Assembly: GCA_043800695.1 (NCBI GenBank)
Contig: JAZDMU010000012.1
Span: forward strand, 13,883 to 77,882
Reading direction: 5' to 3'
DNA: 64,000 nucleotides
Source: Bacteroidota bacterium
GTDB lineage: Bacteria; Bacteroidota; Bacteroidia; Bacteroidales; VadinHA17
The notes under the pieces were generated by a model. The model ran no database searches, was not told the DNA's origin, and was given only the letters and a program-made list of their open reading frames with translations. This document shows, piece after piece, positions 10,479 to 20,299 of this stretch (position 1 is its first letter; the number at the start of each line of letters is the position of its first letter). Both the position numbers and the translations under genes were made by a program.

Positions 10479-11465
10479 TCAATACTTCTCAGATATTTCT
10501 TTTATTTTCCTCTTATTCGCAATAATGATTAAAATCAATAGTGTACCACAAACTATTCCCGGAATGATCCTCAGAGCGTAGTAAAGTCCTCCATTACTCC
10601 TTACTAAAGGAATAGAAAAATCACTTAGAATTGTTACAATATCATCATTTAGTTGTAGTTCCCTGTCAATGTTTTGGCGGTTATTGAAAAGCGATAGTAT
10701 TTCCGGATAAACCAACTGTGTCTTCTGTTCCTGCAGAAAGATCATTTGTCCTCCGGTTTGTGGCTGCATATTTTTAGTCTCTTCATAATATTTTACTTTC
10801 TGTAGACTGTCCAGTTGTTCAATATCATAATCATACCTTGCAAGCAATTCCCTGTAATGCCTCAGGCGTACAATGTTTCTAAGCTGATATAATGAATCAG
10901 AAGTAATATAATTAATTATACCATTTCGTATGTCTGGAAGTTCTTCCGGAGCCCTGGTTCTGACATATATTAAAATACGATCAGACATCCTTCTTCGAGT
11001 CGTGTCTCTGACGTCAACGCTATTATCGTAATCAATATAATCCGGTATCCCGTCGGGGCCGATATCAATATAAAAGCATGCTACCATTCCTATAAGATTC
11101 TTAGCTTCATCTTGTGGTAATAATAAAGAATTTGAAACAGCTGGAATATTATCTTCAAGAAGATAATTCTGAACTTTTTTAATCTGTAAGATAATATCCG
11201 AATTGGAAATTGAATTTGGTCTCAATGTAAGCTCTGATTCATAAAAAGGTTCAGAAATGTATTTTAAAAGGTATGAGGCTCCAACACTCAGAACTAAGCT
11301 AAGCCCCAATGGAAGCCAGTGTCTGAAAAGAAACACTATTGAAATTAGAGTCCCTCTTCCAATAGCCTTGCTAAATTTCGCTATACCTCTTCCCATCCTT
11401 CGGAACAGATCCAGCAGGTCGATTTCATCATTCCTTACATTCTTTGCGTTTGTTTCTTCAGACAT
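10479..11465 (-). CDS. Chain-length-determinant-like (Wzz-type) membrane protein
   Basis: Bitopic layout: an N-terminal TM (LISIVFLFRHWLPLGLSLVLSVG), a long periplasmic region and a C-terminal TM (IIPGIVCGTLLILIIIA). It is adjacent to the polysaccharide locus. Confidence 0.5.
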   Translation of the reverse strand: MSEETNAKNVRNDEIDLLDLFRRMGRGIAKFSKAIGRGTLISIVFLFRHWLPLGLSLVLSVGASYLLKYISEPFYESELTLRPNSISNSDIILQIKKVQNYLLEDNIPAVSNSLLLPQDEAKNLIGMVACFYIDIGPDGIPDYIDYDNSVDVRDTTRRRMSDRILIYVRTRAPEELPDIRNGIINYITSDSLYQLRNIVRLRHYRELLARYDYDIEQLDSLQKVKYYEETKNMQPQTGGQMIFLQEQKTQLVYPEILSLFNNRQNIDRELQLNDDIVTILSDFSIPLVRSNGGLYYALRIIPGIVCGTLLILIIIANKRKIKEISEKY

Positions 11466-11534
11466 GTTTAAAAGTATTTCAGGTTAGCATGCAAATATAT
11501 AAAAATTGTTTCTTATATGATTAGTATCCAAAAA

Positions 11535-12398
11535 TCAAATCTGCCTGAATATCTTTTCTGCAAGATCCTTTATAATTGGCTTATAATCGTTTATGAATTC
11601 TCCCGTAACCCGGTTCCCTATCACAACACAAAAAGTTAAAGCCCTGTGCCCCAGAAGTGCTGATAATCCATAAATGGCCGAACTCTCCATCTCATAATTG
11701 CAGATCTTCCTGTCCATTAAATTGAATTCCCCAAGCTTTATATTTATTTCACTGTCAAATGTTTCCAGCCTTAATGCCCTGCCCTGCGGCGCATAAAAAC
11801 CGGGAGCGGAAATTGTTATCCCCCTGATAAATCCTTCATTCTCAAAAAGTGAAAGTAATTCCTTGTTTGCGTTAACAGCATAGGGAAAGGAGAGTGTATC
11901 AGGCCACTCCAGGTACTCGGCCAGAGCTGATGCCAGAAGAGTATCAAGGATCCAGTCATGCTCGCCATAGAAATGAATAAGCCCGTCAAAACCGACTGCG
12001 GTTTCAGTCATTACAACAGATCCTGCAGGCACATCACTCCTTAATCCCCCCGATGTTCCAAGCCTGATAAAGGTGAGCTGAGTTGTATCTTCTTTTATTA
12101 TACCTGTTTTCAGGTCTATGTTGACCAGGGCATCAAGTTCATTTATAAGGATATCAATGTTATCTGTCCCGATGCCTGATGAAATTATCGATATCTCACC
12201 TCCCTCATAACTGCCCGTAACTGTCCTGAATTCCCTGTTCTCCTTTTTGACCCTGATGTCGGTCAATAAAGCAGAAAGCATCTCCACACGGCCGGGATCA
12301 CCGACAATAACAATCTTATCGGAAATATCTTCAGGCAGCAGGTTCAAATGGAAAATACTGCCATCCTTATTCGTAATAAGTTCAGTCTTCTTTTGCAT
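11535..12398 (-). CDS. Nucleoside phosphorylase (PNP/UDP family 1)
   Basis: GDPGRV, RLGTSGGL and EMESSA motifs of the PNP_UDP_1 fold. Confidence 0.7.
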   Translation of the reverse strand: MQKKTELITNKDGSIFHLNLLPEDISDKIVIVGDPGRVEMLSALLTDIRVKKENREFRTVTGSYEGGEISIISSGIGTDNIDILINELDALVNIDLKTGIIKEDTTQLTFIRLGTSGGLRSDVPAGSVVMTETAVGFDGLIHFYGEHDWILDTLLASALAEYLEWPDTLSFPYAVNANKELLSLFENEGFIRGITISAPGFYAPQGRALRLETFDSEINIKLGEFNLMDRKICNYEMESSAIYGLSALLGHRALTFCVVIGNRVTGEFINDYKPIIKDLAEKIFRQI

Positions 12399-12511
12399 GA
12401 AGAAAAATTGAGGAACAAATTTAATATTTTAGTTCAAGATTCCTCACCCGAACCAACAAATCAGTTCATTATCATTTCCAGGAAAAAATTGATCTGGAAG
12501 TCAGCCACACT

Positions 12512-12583
12512 CTTCAACCCTTCAACCATTACACCTTTGCACCTTTTTACCGTTGCGCCCTTGAGCCTTTATGCCTTTGCGCC
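12512..12583. repeat. Nine consecutive 8-nt units, each ending in CC (degenerate tandem array)
   Basis: Read directly: cttcaacc|cttcaacc|attacacc|tttgcacc|tttttacc|gttgcgcc|cttgagcc|tttatgcc|tttgcgcc. It is intergenic, between the tolC stop and the phosphorylase start. Confidence 0.6.
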
Positions 12584-12585
12584 TT

Positions 12586-13908
12586 CTACTGGTAGTATTC
12601 CATTATTCTTCCCGAGATGAGGAGAAGCGATATCTCGGCAAGCTTTGCCTGGTACTTGACCGAAAGGAGGCTCTCCCTGGCTTCAAGGAGGCTCATCTGA
12701 ACCTCACGAAGGTCAAGTCCTGAAAGATTCCCCAGACGGTACCTCTCCATAGCTATCGCCAGGTTTTCGGTAGCAGTGCTGAGATTTTGCTCCTCAAGAG
12801 CCACAAGCCTGAGATAATTGCTGTAAGCACTGTAAATGGTCAGCAGATCTGCTTTTACTCCCTGCTCAACTTCCTGAAATCTGAGCTCTTTATTCATTAA
12901 CTCAAGTTCTGAGTTCTGGAGATTTCGTCGCTGATTAAACCCGTCGAATATATTCAGACCCATGGTAAGTCCGTAATTCATACCATCGGTAAGCTGATTC
13001 CTGGTTGAGCTTGATGAATAAGTGTTGTAGCTGTAACTATATCCTGATGAGAGGTTCAGATATGGATACGAACGTGAAGCTATTAACTTCCGGTCAAATT
13101 CAGAAATGGTTTTATTCGCGCCTGCTACTAAAAGGCTGGTATTCCTCAGCAGAGTCTCTTCTATAAGCTTCTCATAAAGAAGGGAATTGCTTATTTCTAT
13201 TGATGTGTCCTGGGAAACAAATGTCCGGCCAAGATCCTCCAGCGCCATGAGTTCATTCAACTGAATCTGTGTAGCCTTTACTGTTTCCGCCTGGCGAGAT
13301 AGACGGGTGCTGTCAGAATTAACATATACCATTGACTGCAAAACATTGAGCTTCGAGCTTGAACCCAGAAGATATCGCTCTTCATCTATCCTCAATCTCT
13401 CCTTCGACAGTGTAAGGGCATATTTCAGGTTGTTGAGAAGCTGAACCTGGTTAATGTAATTGTTATAAGCCGATACTATACCTGATACAAGGTTTTCAAC
13501 AGCCATCTGAGTATTGAGCTCACCCAACTGCTTTAGCTCATTAAGCTTTTTGTAAGTTGTCTGAACATTAAATCCGTTGAAGATGGTTAAACCCAGGGAA
13601 ACACCTGCTGATGAAGCAGTATTGAATACTCCTGAGGTTGAACCCTGTGTGCCGTCACTATAATTGGTTGTACTGCTGTTAAGAGTCCCGGAATGTCTGC
13701 CGTTGAGATCAATTGAGGGTAGGAAGCCTGCATTACCCGGTGCGAAATTATTCCTTGAAATCTCTTCACTGTTACGTGTGATCAGAAGTGAAAAGTTATT
13801 TTCCAGGCTGGTTTTAATACATTCATTCAGGGTATATACGACCTGCCCCTGAACTGTCAGACTAAAAATAAAAGCAGAAAGATTAAGCAACAACAACTTG
13901 ATTCTCAT
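12586..13908 (-). CDS. TolC-family outer membrane efflux protein
   Basis: Likely start MRIKLLLLNLSAFIFSLTVQGQ (signal peptide) at 13908. OEP repeat character. Third gene of the MFP-RND-OMP operon. Overlaps the RND stop by 26 nt. Confidence 0.8.
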   Translation of the reverse strand: MRIKLLLLNLSAFIFSLTVQGQVVYTLNECIKTSLENNFSLLITRNSEEISRNNFAPGNAGFLPSIDLNGRHSGTLNSSTTNYSDGTQGSTSGVFNTASSAGVSLGLTIFNGFNVQTTYKKLNELKQLGELNTQMAVENLVSGIVSAYNNYINQVQLLNNLKYALTLSKERLRIDEERYLLGSSSKLNVLQSMVYVNSDSTRLSRQAETVKATQIQLNELMALEDLGRTFVSQDTSIEISNSLLYEKLIEETLLRNTSLLVAGANKTISEFDRKLIASRSYPYLNLSSGYSYSYNTYSSSSTRNQLTDGMNYGLTMGLNIFDGFNQRRNLQNSELELMNKELRFQEVEQGVKADLLTIYSAYSNYLRLVALEEQNLSTATENLAIAMERYRLGNLSGLDLREVQMSLLEARESLLSVKYQAKLAEISLLLISGRIMEYYQ

Positions 13909-16900
13909 CAGTTTTCTTTTTGGATTCACTTGAAATGTAAGTATATATAGCGGGTACAACATAGAGGGTCAGCAATGTTGAGAAAAGCATTCCGCCAACA
14001 ACGGCAATACCCATTGCAACACGACTTTGTGCACCTTCACCAAACCCAAGTGCAAGAGGGGAGATGCCCAGTATTGTTGCAAGGCTTGTCATGAGAATGG
14101 GACGAAACCTTGCTGCTGCTGAGTATTTTATAGCTTCAAGTTTCGTCATTCCGGCACTCTTTCTCTGGTTAGCAAATTCAACAATCAGTATCCCGTTTTT
14201 CGAAACCAGTCCGATCAGCATTATAATTCCTATCTGGCTGAAAATGTTCATTGTGATATCGAAATACCACATAAAAAAGAGAGCACCTGTGATCGCCAGC
14301 GGAACGGTCATCATTACCACGAACGGATCCTTGAAGCTTTCAAACTGGGCTGCAAGTACCAGGAAGATAAGGATCAGTGCAAGTATAAATGCGAACATAA
14401 GGCTTGAAGAACTCTCCTGGAAATCTTTTGAATCACCGGCAAGTGCAGTACGGAATGAATCATCGAGGACTTCCTTTGCGATTTTGTCCATCTCCTCAAT
14501 GCCTTCGCTTATGGTATAACCCGGGGCAAGACCCGATGAGATGGTTGCGGCAACAAACCTGTTATATCTGTATAGCTGGGGTGGAGCAGTCTCCTCGGTA
14601 AGAGTTACAAGGTTGTCAAACTGAATCATTTCTCCGCGGTCATTCCTTACATACAGCGACTTAAGGTCAAGCGGCTTATTTCTGTCTCCCCTGGCAAGCT
14701 CACCAAGTATCTGATACTGCTTGCCGTTCATGAAGAAGTATCCGAAACGCTGGCCGCTGAGCGCAAGCTGAAGCGTTGTTCCTATGTTCTGTGTAGAGAC
14801 TCCAAGAGATATCGCTTTCTCACGGTTAATATGTATCCTGAGTTCCGGCTTCGTGAATTTAAGATTCACATCAGCCATCTGAAGTATCTCGCTGTCGTTG
14901 ACCTTGTTCATGAATTCAGGAAGCACTTCTCTCAGTTTGTCAATTGAGGTCGCCTGCAGAACATACTGAACCGGCATGCCCATCCTGCGGCTGCCGAATG
15001 TGGACTGTTGCATAACAAATGCTCTTGCTTTTGTCTTGCTCCTTAGATCCAGGGAGAGTCTATCCGCAATCTCCTGCTGGGTCCGGCTTCTTTCATCCGG
15101 TTTAGTCAACACTATCCTTATATTTGCAAATGTTCCTCCCCTGATCATGGTTGTATACCTTACTCGCTCAGGAACCCGTTGCTCCACCAGCGAGGAAAGG
15201 TCATCACCATAGGCCAGCATATATTCATATGTAGCACCTTCCGTGGCTGACATATTGATCGTGACCTGCGATCTGTCCTCAAGCGGAGCCATTTCAGCCG
15301 GAATGGAGGTCCAGAGGAGAAAAATAAGCCCAAAAGCAATTACAAGGATGATCAGTGCATATCTTCGGTGATTCAGGAATGAATCCAGTGTTCTTTTGTA
15401 GAATGCATTCAGCTTCTCAAAAAATCGTTCTGTTTTCCGGTAGAACCAGGTATGGCTTTTTTCGTGTCTGAGGAGTTTTGTTGACACCATAGGGGTAAGC
15501 GTCAGGGCCAGAAAAGCAGAAATAGCTACGGTGCCTGCCATTACGATACTAAATTCCCTGAAGAGCCTTCCTGTAATTCCTTCCAGAAAGACGATGGGGA
15601 AAAATACCGAAATCAGGGTAATGGTCGTGGAAATGATAGCGAAGTATATCTCCTTTGATCCCTTCATCCCTGCTTCAAACGGACTCATGCCTGATTCAAC
15701 CTTCACATATATATTCTCCATCACAACAATGGCATCATCTACAACTATTCCTATTGCAAGAACCATTGCAAGCAGAGTCAGTACATTTATCGAGAAGCCT
15801 GCAATATACATTATGAAAAATGAGCCTACCAGTGATACCGGGATGACAAGTATGGGTATGATGGTTGCCCTCCAGCTTCGCAGGAAGAAATAAATAATTA
15901 CCACTACGAGTGCAAATGCTATGAAAATAGTATCCTCAACCTCCCTGATAGATGATCTTATATACTCGGTGTTATCATAATTAACATTGACCTTCACATC
16001 CTCCGGGAGATCTTTCTGGATATATGCAAGGCGCCGGTATATCTCATCTACTATTTCTATGTGATTTGATCCTGGTTGTGGAACTACCGCGATCATGACC
16101 ATTGGAATTCCGTTATTTTTCAGAATGCCTCTGATATCCTCCGGACCCAGCTCTGCACGGCCCACATCCTTGAATCGTACAATCTGATCCCCTGATTGTT
16201 TGATAATCAAATCATTAAACTCTTTTGGGGTTGTCATCAATCCAAGTGTCCTGATCGTCAGCTGTGTAGTGGTTCCTTCAATAGCCCCGGAGGGTAATTC
16301 TACATTCTCACGGTTGATGGCGTTCCTGACATCCATAGGAGTAAGTGCATAACCTGCCAGTTTTACAGGATCGATCCAGAGCCGCATGGCATACCTTTTT
16401 TGCCCGAAAATATTTATTGCACTTACTCCTGAAACGGTCTGCAGCTGTTCTTTAAGGGTAAGTTCGGCAATTTCGGAAAGCTCAAGCAGGGACCTTTTCT
16501 GGCTTTCGACAGTCAGGAAAAGTATGGGATTGGCATCAGCATCAGCCTTGGTAACGGTAGGAGGGTCGCAGTCGCGGGGCAGCATTCGCTGAGCCTGAGA
16601 TACTTTATCCCTTACGTCATTAGCTGCTGTCTCCAGGTCAACTGAGAGCTCAAATTCAACAGTGATGTTGCTCCCTCCCTGACGGCTGACACTGGTTAGC
16701 GTTCTTACACCAGGGATACCGTTGATTGACTGTTCAAGAGGTTCTGTTATCTGGGTTTCAATAACATCCGAATTGGCTCCGGGGTACGATGTGCTGACAG
16801 TTATAATTGCCGGATCGACGCTTGGGAATTCACGGATTCCCAGAAAAGTGAATCCTACCACCCCGAAAAGAAGAATTACAATGGCCATTACTGTCGCCAG

Positions 16901-16936
16901 AACGGGCCTGTTTATGCTAACTGATGAAAGACTCAT
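13883..16936 (-). CDS. RND efflux transporter permease (AcrB/HAE1 family)
   Basis: 1017 aa. N-terminus SINRPVLATVMAIVILLFG and 12-TM/2-loop architecture typical of AcrB. Confidence 0.9.
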   Translation of the reverse strand: MSLSSVSINRPVLATVMAIVILLFGVVGFTFLGIREFPSVDPAIITVSTSYPGANSDVIETQITEPLEQSINGIPGVRTLTSVSRQGGSNITVEFELSVDLETAANDVRDKVSQAQRMLPRDCDPPTVTKADADANPILFLTVESQKRSLLELSEIAELTLKEQLQTVSGVSAINIFGQKRYAMRLWIDPVKLAGYALTPMDVRNAINRENVELPSGAIEGTTTQLTIRTLGLMTTPKEFNDLIIKQSGDQIVRFKDVGRAELGPEDIRGILKNNGIPMVMIAVVPQPGSNHIEIVDEIYRRLAYIQKDLPEDVKVNVNYDNTEYIRSSIREVEDTIFIAFALVVVIIYFFLRSWRATIIPILVIPVSLVGSFFIMYIAGFSINVLTLLAMVLAIGIVVDDAIVVMENIYVKVESGMSPFEAGMKGSKEIYFAIISTTITLISVFFPIVFLEGITGRLFREFSIVMAGTVAISAFLALTLTPMVSTKLLRHEKSHTWFYRKTERFFEKLNAFYKRTLDSFLNHRRYALIILVIAFGLIFLLWTSIPAEMAPLEDRSQVTINMSATEGATYEYMLAYGDDLSSLVEQRVPERVRYTTMIRGGTFANIRIVLTKPDERSRTQQEIADRLSLDLRSKTKARAFVMQQSTFGSRRMGMPVQYVLQATSIDKLREVLPEFMNKVNDSEILQMADVNLKFTKPELRIHINREKAISLGVSTQNIGTTLQLALSGQRFGYFFMNGKQYQILGELARGDRNKPLDLKSLYVRNDRGEMIQFDNLVTLTEETAPPQLYRYNRFVAATISSGLAPGYTISEGIEEMDKIAKEVLDDSFRTALAGDSKDFQESSSSLMFAFILALILIFLVLAAQFESFKDPFVVMMTVPLAITGALFFMWYFDITMNIFSQIGIIMLIGLVSKNGILIVEFANQRKSAGMTKLEAIKYSAAARFRPILMTSLATILGISPLALGFGEGAQSRVAMGIAVVGGMLFSTLLTLYVVPAIYTYISSESKKKTDENQVVVA

Positions 16937-16966
16937 TTAAAGTGGATTTGTCTGGGTTTAACCTTT

Positions 16967-18067
16967 TTAATTAACTACAACCGTATCCAGACTTACCGGC
17001 AGGCTTTCACGCAGTTGTAAAATACCAGAGGTAAGAAGCGTGTCACCGAAATTAAGTCCTGATGTTATCTGGATAAGCGACTCTGTGCGAAGACCTGTAT
17101 TTACCCTGACAACAGATGCGCGTCCTTTACGATACAGATATACAAGCTCTCCCTCCATTTCAGGGACCAATGCTTCTGTCGGTATTGCAATAGCATTGTC
17201 AATCTTTGAAAGCTGAAGGGTTACCGCGGCATAGCGGCCTGATTTCAGCTCTTCGTTTTTGTTAGGATAGAGTGCTCTTATTACAATCGACCTTGTAGCC
17301 AGCTCGATTTTTGGATCAACCGCATATACTTTCGCCTCATAAATAGTGTTACTGCCGTCCATTTTAAATGTAACAGGATAACCAATGTTAACCTCATCCA
17401 TGTACCGTTCGGGAATTGAGAACTCCAGCTTGATCGGACTCATTTTGATCAACCGTGCTATTTTGGTATTGGGATTTGCATAGGCTCCTTCGCTTAAATA
17501 TCGCAATCCGATGATACCGTTAAAAGGTGCACGCAACTCAGTCTCTGAGATACGTGCCTTCACCAGGTTTATATCAGCTTCAATTGTCTGCAGTTCGGTC
17601 ACGATCTGATCATAGCTTTCCTGGCTGATGGCATCCTTTTCAAGAAGGCTCCGCTGACGGAATTCCTTCTCCTCAACGAGCTTTTTCTGGGCCTGCAGCT
17701 TCTGCAGTTGGGCCTGAAGCGGCCTGTCATTGATCTTGGCAAGCAAGTTTCCTTTTTTAACCCTTGTACCCTCAGTGAAATTGATGCCAACTATCTTTCC
17801 TGATGTCTCAAATGAAAGTTCAACTTCCTCATCGGGCCTCAGGGTTCCTGTGCTGTTGATCAGTTCGCTCATCTGAGCGGGTCTGATTATGAATCCGCTG
17901 ACATTAAGGAGCTGACGACCCTGCATTCCTCCCGGACCTCTTCCGGATGCCTGAGCCGATCCCGTTGATTTTGATGCAAAAAGCGGTTTTAATTTCGGGT
18001 AAAAAATTATTACTGCCAGAACAACAGCCAGCAGTACTATTATTGCAACCTTTAATTTTTTATTCAT
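16967..18067 (-). CDS. RND efflux periplasmic adaptor (membrane fusion protein)
   Basis: N-terminal anchor, a coiled-coil segment (LQAQLQKLQAQKKLVEEKE) and beta-barrel domains. It lies upstream of the RND pump. Confidence 0.85.
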   Translation of the reverse strand: MNKKLKVAIIVLLAVVLAVIIFYPKLKPLFASKSTGSAQASGRGPGGMQGRQLLNVSGFIIRPAQMSELINSTGTLRPDEEVELSFETSGKIVGINFTEGTRVKKGNLLAKINDRPLQAQLQKLQAQKKLVEEKEFRQRSLLEKDAISQESYDQIVTELQTIEADINLVKARISETELRAPFNGIIGLRYLSEGAYANPNTKIARLIKMSPIKLEFSIPERYMDEVNIGYPVTFKMDGSNTIYEAKVYAVDPKIELATRSIVIRALYPNKNEELKSGRYAAVTLQLSKIDNAIAIPTEALVPEMEGELVYLYRKGRASVVRVNTGLRTESLIQITSGLNFGDTLLTSGILQLRESLPVSLDTVVVN

Positions 18068-18283
18068 ATAATGACTTATGATGAATGAGTTATGAACAAT
18101 CAGAATTCAGTTATTAAAATTACTTTATTAGCGTGCAAATGTAGATAATTTGAGGCTTTCTGATCCATTTAAGTTTTGTAAAAAATGTTAAATATTTATA
18201 AAACAGTTGACCTTCAGTTTTGTTCTTAAAACCAAAGTCTGAAAAAAGTAACTATTTTTACGTTACACATCATGTGTAGAGCT

Positions 18284-18751
18284 ATGATACAGCGCATTCA
18301 ATCCGTATATCTCTTTCTGACAACCTTCCTTTCATTTTTATTCCCTGGAGGGAAGATGTTAAAGTTCACTGATGCATCAGGCAACTTGTTGGGTGTTACA
18401 TTCAGGGGTATTTACAGATACGGAGCCGGATCTCCTCCCGAACTGCTGGGAGGCATCCTGCCGCTTTTATCGCTGATCCTGCTGATAGCGGTCTTCTCAC
18501 TGATCTCGATCTTTTTTTTCAGGAACAGAAAGCTTCAGATGAAACTGACAGCAATACTACTGGGGCTTTCAGCCGTCGTCATTATTGTAACGGTTGTATA
18601 TGCAGTATTAATTATGAGGAAATATGATTCAGATATTATATGGAGCTTCAGGATGTTCCTGCCTCTTCTTATTCCGGTTTGTTTGTTCTTCGCTTACAGG
18701 GGAATCAAAAAGGACGACGATCTGGTAGAATCGTATGACCGGCTAAGATGA
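18284..18751 (+). CDS. DUF4293-like small membrane protein
   Basis: The MIQRIQSVYLFL... N-terminus is characteristic of the Bacteroidota DUF4293 family. Four TM segments. An alternative ATG lies at 18272. Confidence 0.5.
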   Translation: MIQRIQSVYLFLTTFLSFLFPGGKMLKFTDASGNLLGVTFRGIYRYGAGSPPELLGGILPLLSLILLIAVFSLISIFFFRNRKLQMKLTAILLGLSAVVIIVTVVYAVLIMRKYDSDIIWSFRMFLPLLIPVCLFFAYRGIKKDDDLVESYDRLR

Positions 18752-18763
18752 TCTCAATTAAAT

Positions 18764-18801
18764 CCTTTGTGCTCTTAGTGCGAACTTTGTGCTCTTTGTG
18801 G
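18764..18801. repeat. Direct repeat CTTTGTGCTCTT(A/T)GTG x2 (four CTTWGTG heptamers)
   Basis: cCTTTGTGCTCTTAGTG (18764-18780) and CTTTGTGCTCTTTGTGg (18785-18801). It sits between convergent stops at 18751 and 18810. Confidence 0.55.
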
Positions 18802-18809
18802 TTAAAGAA

Positions 18810-19268
18810 CTAAATGATCTGCAGATTCTCCTGGTTCGTGATTTTCTCACAGTAGTGGCACTTAAGAGCCACATTCTTCTTTGACACAACCCTGAACTTT
18901 GTAATAACATGCTCATAGTTGGTGATGCATTTCGGATTCATGCACCTGGCTATACCGACAATTGTATCAGGAACCTCTACAACTCTTTTCTCAACTACTT
19001 CATAATCCCTGATGATATTAAGCTTCGCATCAGGAGCAACCAATGCTATCCTGTTGATGTCGTCATCCTTGAAGAATTTCTCTGAGATTTTGATAATGGC
19101 TTTTCTTCCCAGTTTTTTGCTTTCAAGGTTTGTCCCGAAGGTTATCTGGTTATCTATATGGTCCAGTCCAAGGATCTGGATTACTTTGAATAACTGCTTT
19201 GCCGGAACATGATCGATAACTGTCCCGTTCTGAATAGCGCTTACAACCAGCTGTTTTGGTTCTTTCAT
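18810..19268 (-). CDS. pyrI: Aspartate carbamoyltransferase regulatory subunit
   Basis: 152 aa with a C-terminal zinc-binding Cys cluster (CMNPKCITN...CHYCEK). It lies directly downstream of pyrB. Confidence 0.9.
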   Translation of the reverse strand: MKEPKQLVVSAIQNGTVIDHVPAKQLFKVIQILGLDHIDNQITFGTNLESKKLGRKAIIKISEKFFKDDDINRIALVAPDAKLNIIRDYEVVEKRVVEVPDTIVGIARCMNPKCITNYEHVITKFRVVSKKNVALKCHYCEKITNQENLQII

Positions 19269-19279
19269 GACTCAATGCA

Positions 19280-20188
19280 TTATTTTATTCCTAATAAAGT
19301 ACAAAGTATCGCCTGCCGTGTATATACGCCGTTCTGAGCCTGGTTAAAATAATATGCCTTGGGATTGGCATCCACATCAGTATGAATTTCATTTACCCTG
19401 GGAAGGGGATGAAGAATGCGCATATTAGGTTTTGTTTTTTTCAACATTTCATTCCTGAGAACATACACATTTTTAACCTTCTCATATTCAATGGGATCCG
19501 AAAATCTTTCCTTCTGAACCCTGGTCATATATATGATGTCGGCTTTTGAAATAATATCTGAAAAGTCCATATGTTCATAGTATTTCAGACCCATGTTGTC
19601 GAGGTACAGCTTGTATTCATCAGGCATTTTGAGCTCCTCAGGTGAAATGAAGTTAAAGGTGGCATTCCAGTTCGACATTGCCATCATCAGCGAATGCACC
19701 GTGCGACCGTATTTCAGGTCGCCCACCATGAAGATGTTCAGACTATTCAGTGTCCCCTGTGTTTTGCGAATTGAATAAAGATCAAGCATCGTTTGTGTCG
19801 GATGCTGATTCGCTCCGTCACCGGCATTTATAACCGGAACTGAAGCTACCTCGCTGGCAAACCTCGCACTTCCCTCAACAGGGTGGCGCATCACTATAAG
19901 ATCGCTGTAACTGCTGACCATCTTTATTGTGTCATGCAGAGTCTCGCCTTTCGTGACACTGGAACTTGAAGAATCTGAAAAACCGACGATCTTTCCGCCC
20001 AGCCTGTTTATTGCACTTTCAAAGCTTAACCTTGTGCGTGTTGAGGGTTCAAAGAAAAGAGTGGCAATAACTTTGCCTTCAAGCAGCTTTCTTACCGGTT
20101 GCTTCTCAAATTCTTCCGCACGGTCAAGAATACCAATGATCTCTTTCTTTGAGAAATCATCTATTGATACTAAACTCCTGTTTTTCAT
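19280..20188 (-). CDS. pyrB: Aspartate carbamoyltransferase catalytic subunit
   Basis: STRTR carbamoyl-phosphate motif ([13 protein letters not shown]), plus HPTQ and HPLPR motifs. Confidence 0.92.
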   Translation of the reverse strand: MKNRSLVSIDDFSKKEIIGILDRAEEFEKQPVRKLLEGKVIATLFFEPSTRTRLSFESAINRLGGKIVGFSDSSSSSVTKGETLHDTIKMVSSYSDLIVMRHPVEGSARFASEVASVPVINAGDGANQHPTQTMLDLYSIRKTQGTLNSLNIFMVGDLKYGRTVHSLMMAMSNWNATFNFISPEELKMPDEYKLYLDNMGLKYYEHMDFSDIISKADIIYMTRVQKERFSDPIEYEKVKNVYVLRNEMLKKTKPNMRILHPLPRVNEIHTDVDANPKAYYFNQAQNGVYTRQAILCTLLGIK

Positions 20189-20299
20189 CAGATTGGCACT
20201 ATGTTAGAAGCAAAAACCTGTCTGATCCCAAAGTTACTTAAGATAAACCACAGGGGAAGAGAGTGTTGATAATTAATTAAAAACTTTAGCAGTACAATT

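Noticed and set aside
13883-16940. Numerous 60-150-aa ORFs antisense to or out of frame with the RND pump. Similar ORFs occur within tolC, the CHAT gene, the PCAT gene, pyrG, btuB and the dehydratase genes.
   Set aside because: They are fully nested in long, well-supported coding regions. Their composition is low-complexity, driven by the opposite strand's codon bias, and they carry no recognisable motifs.
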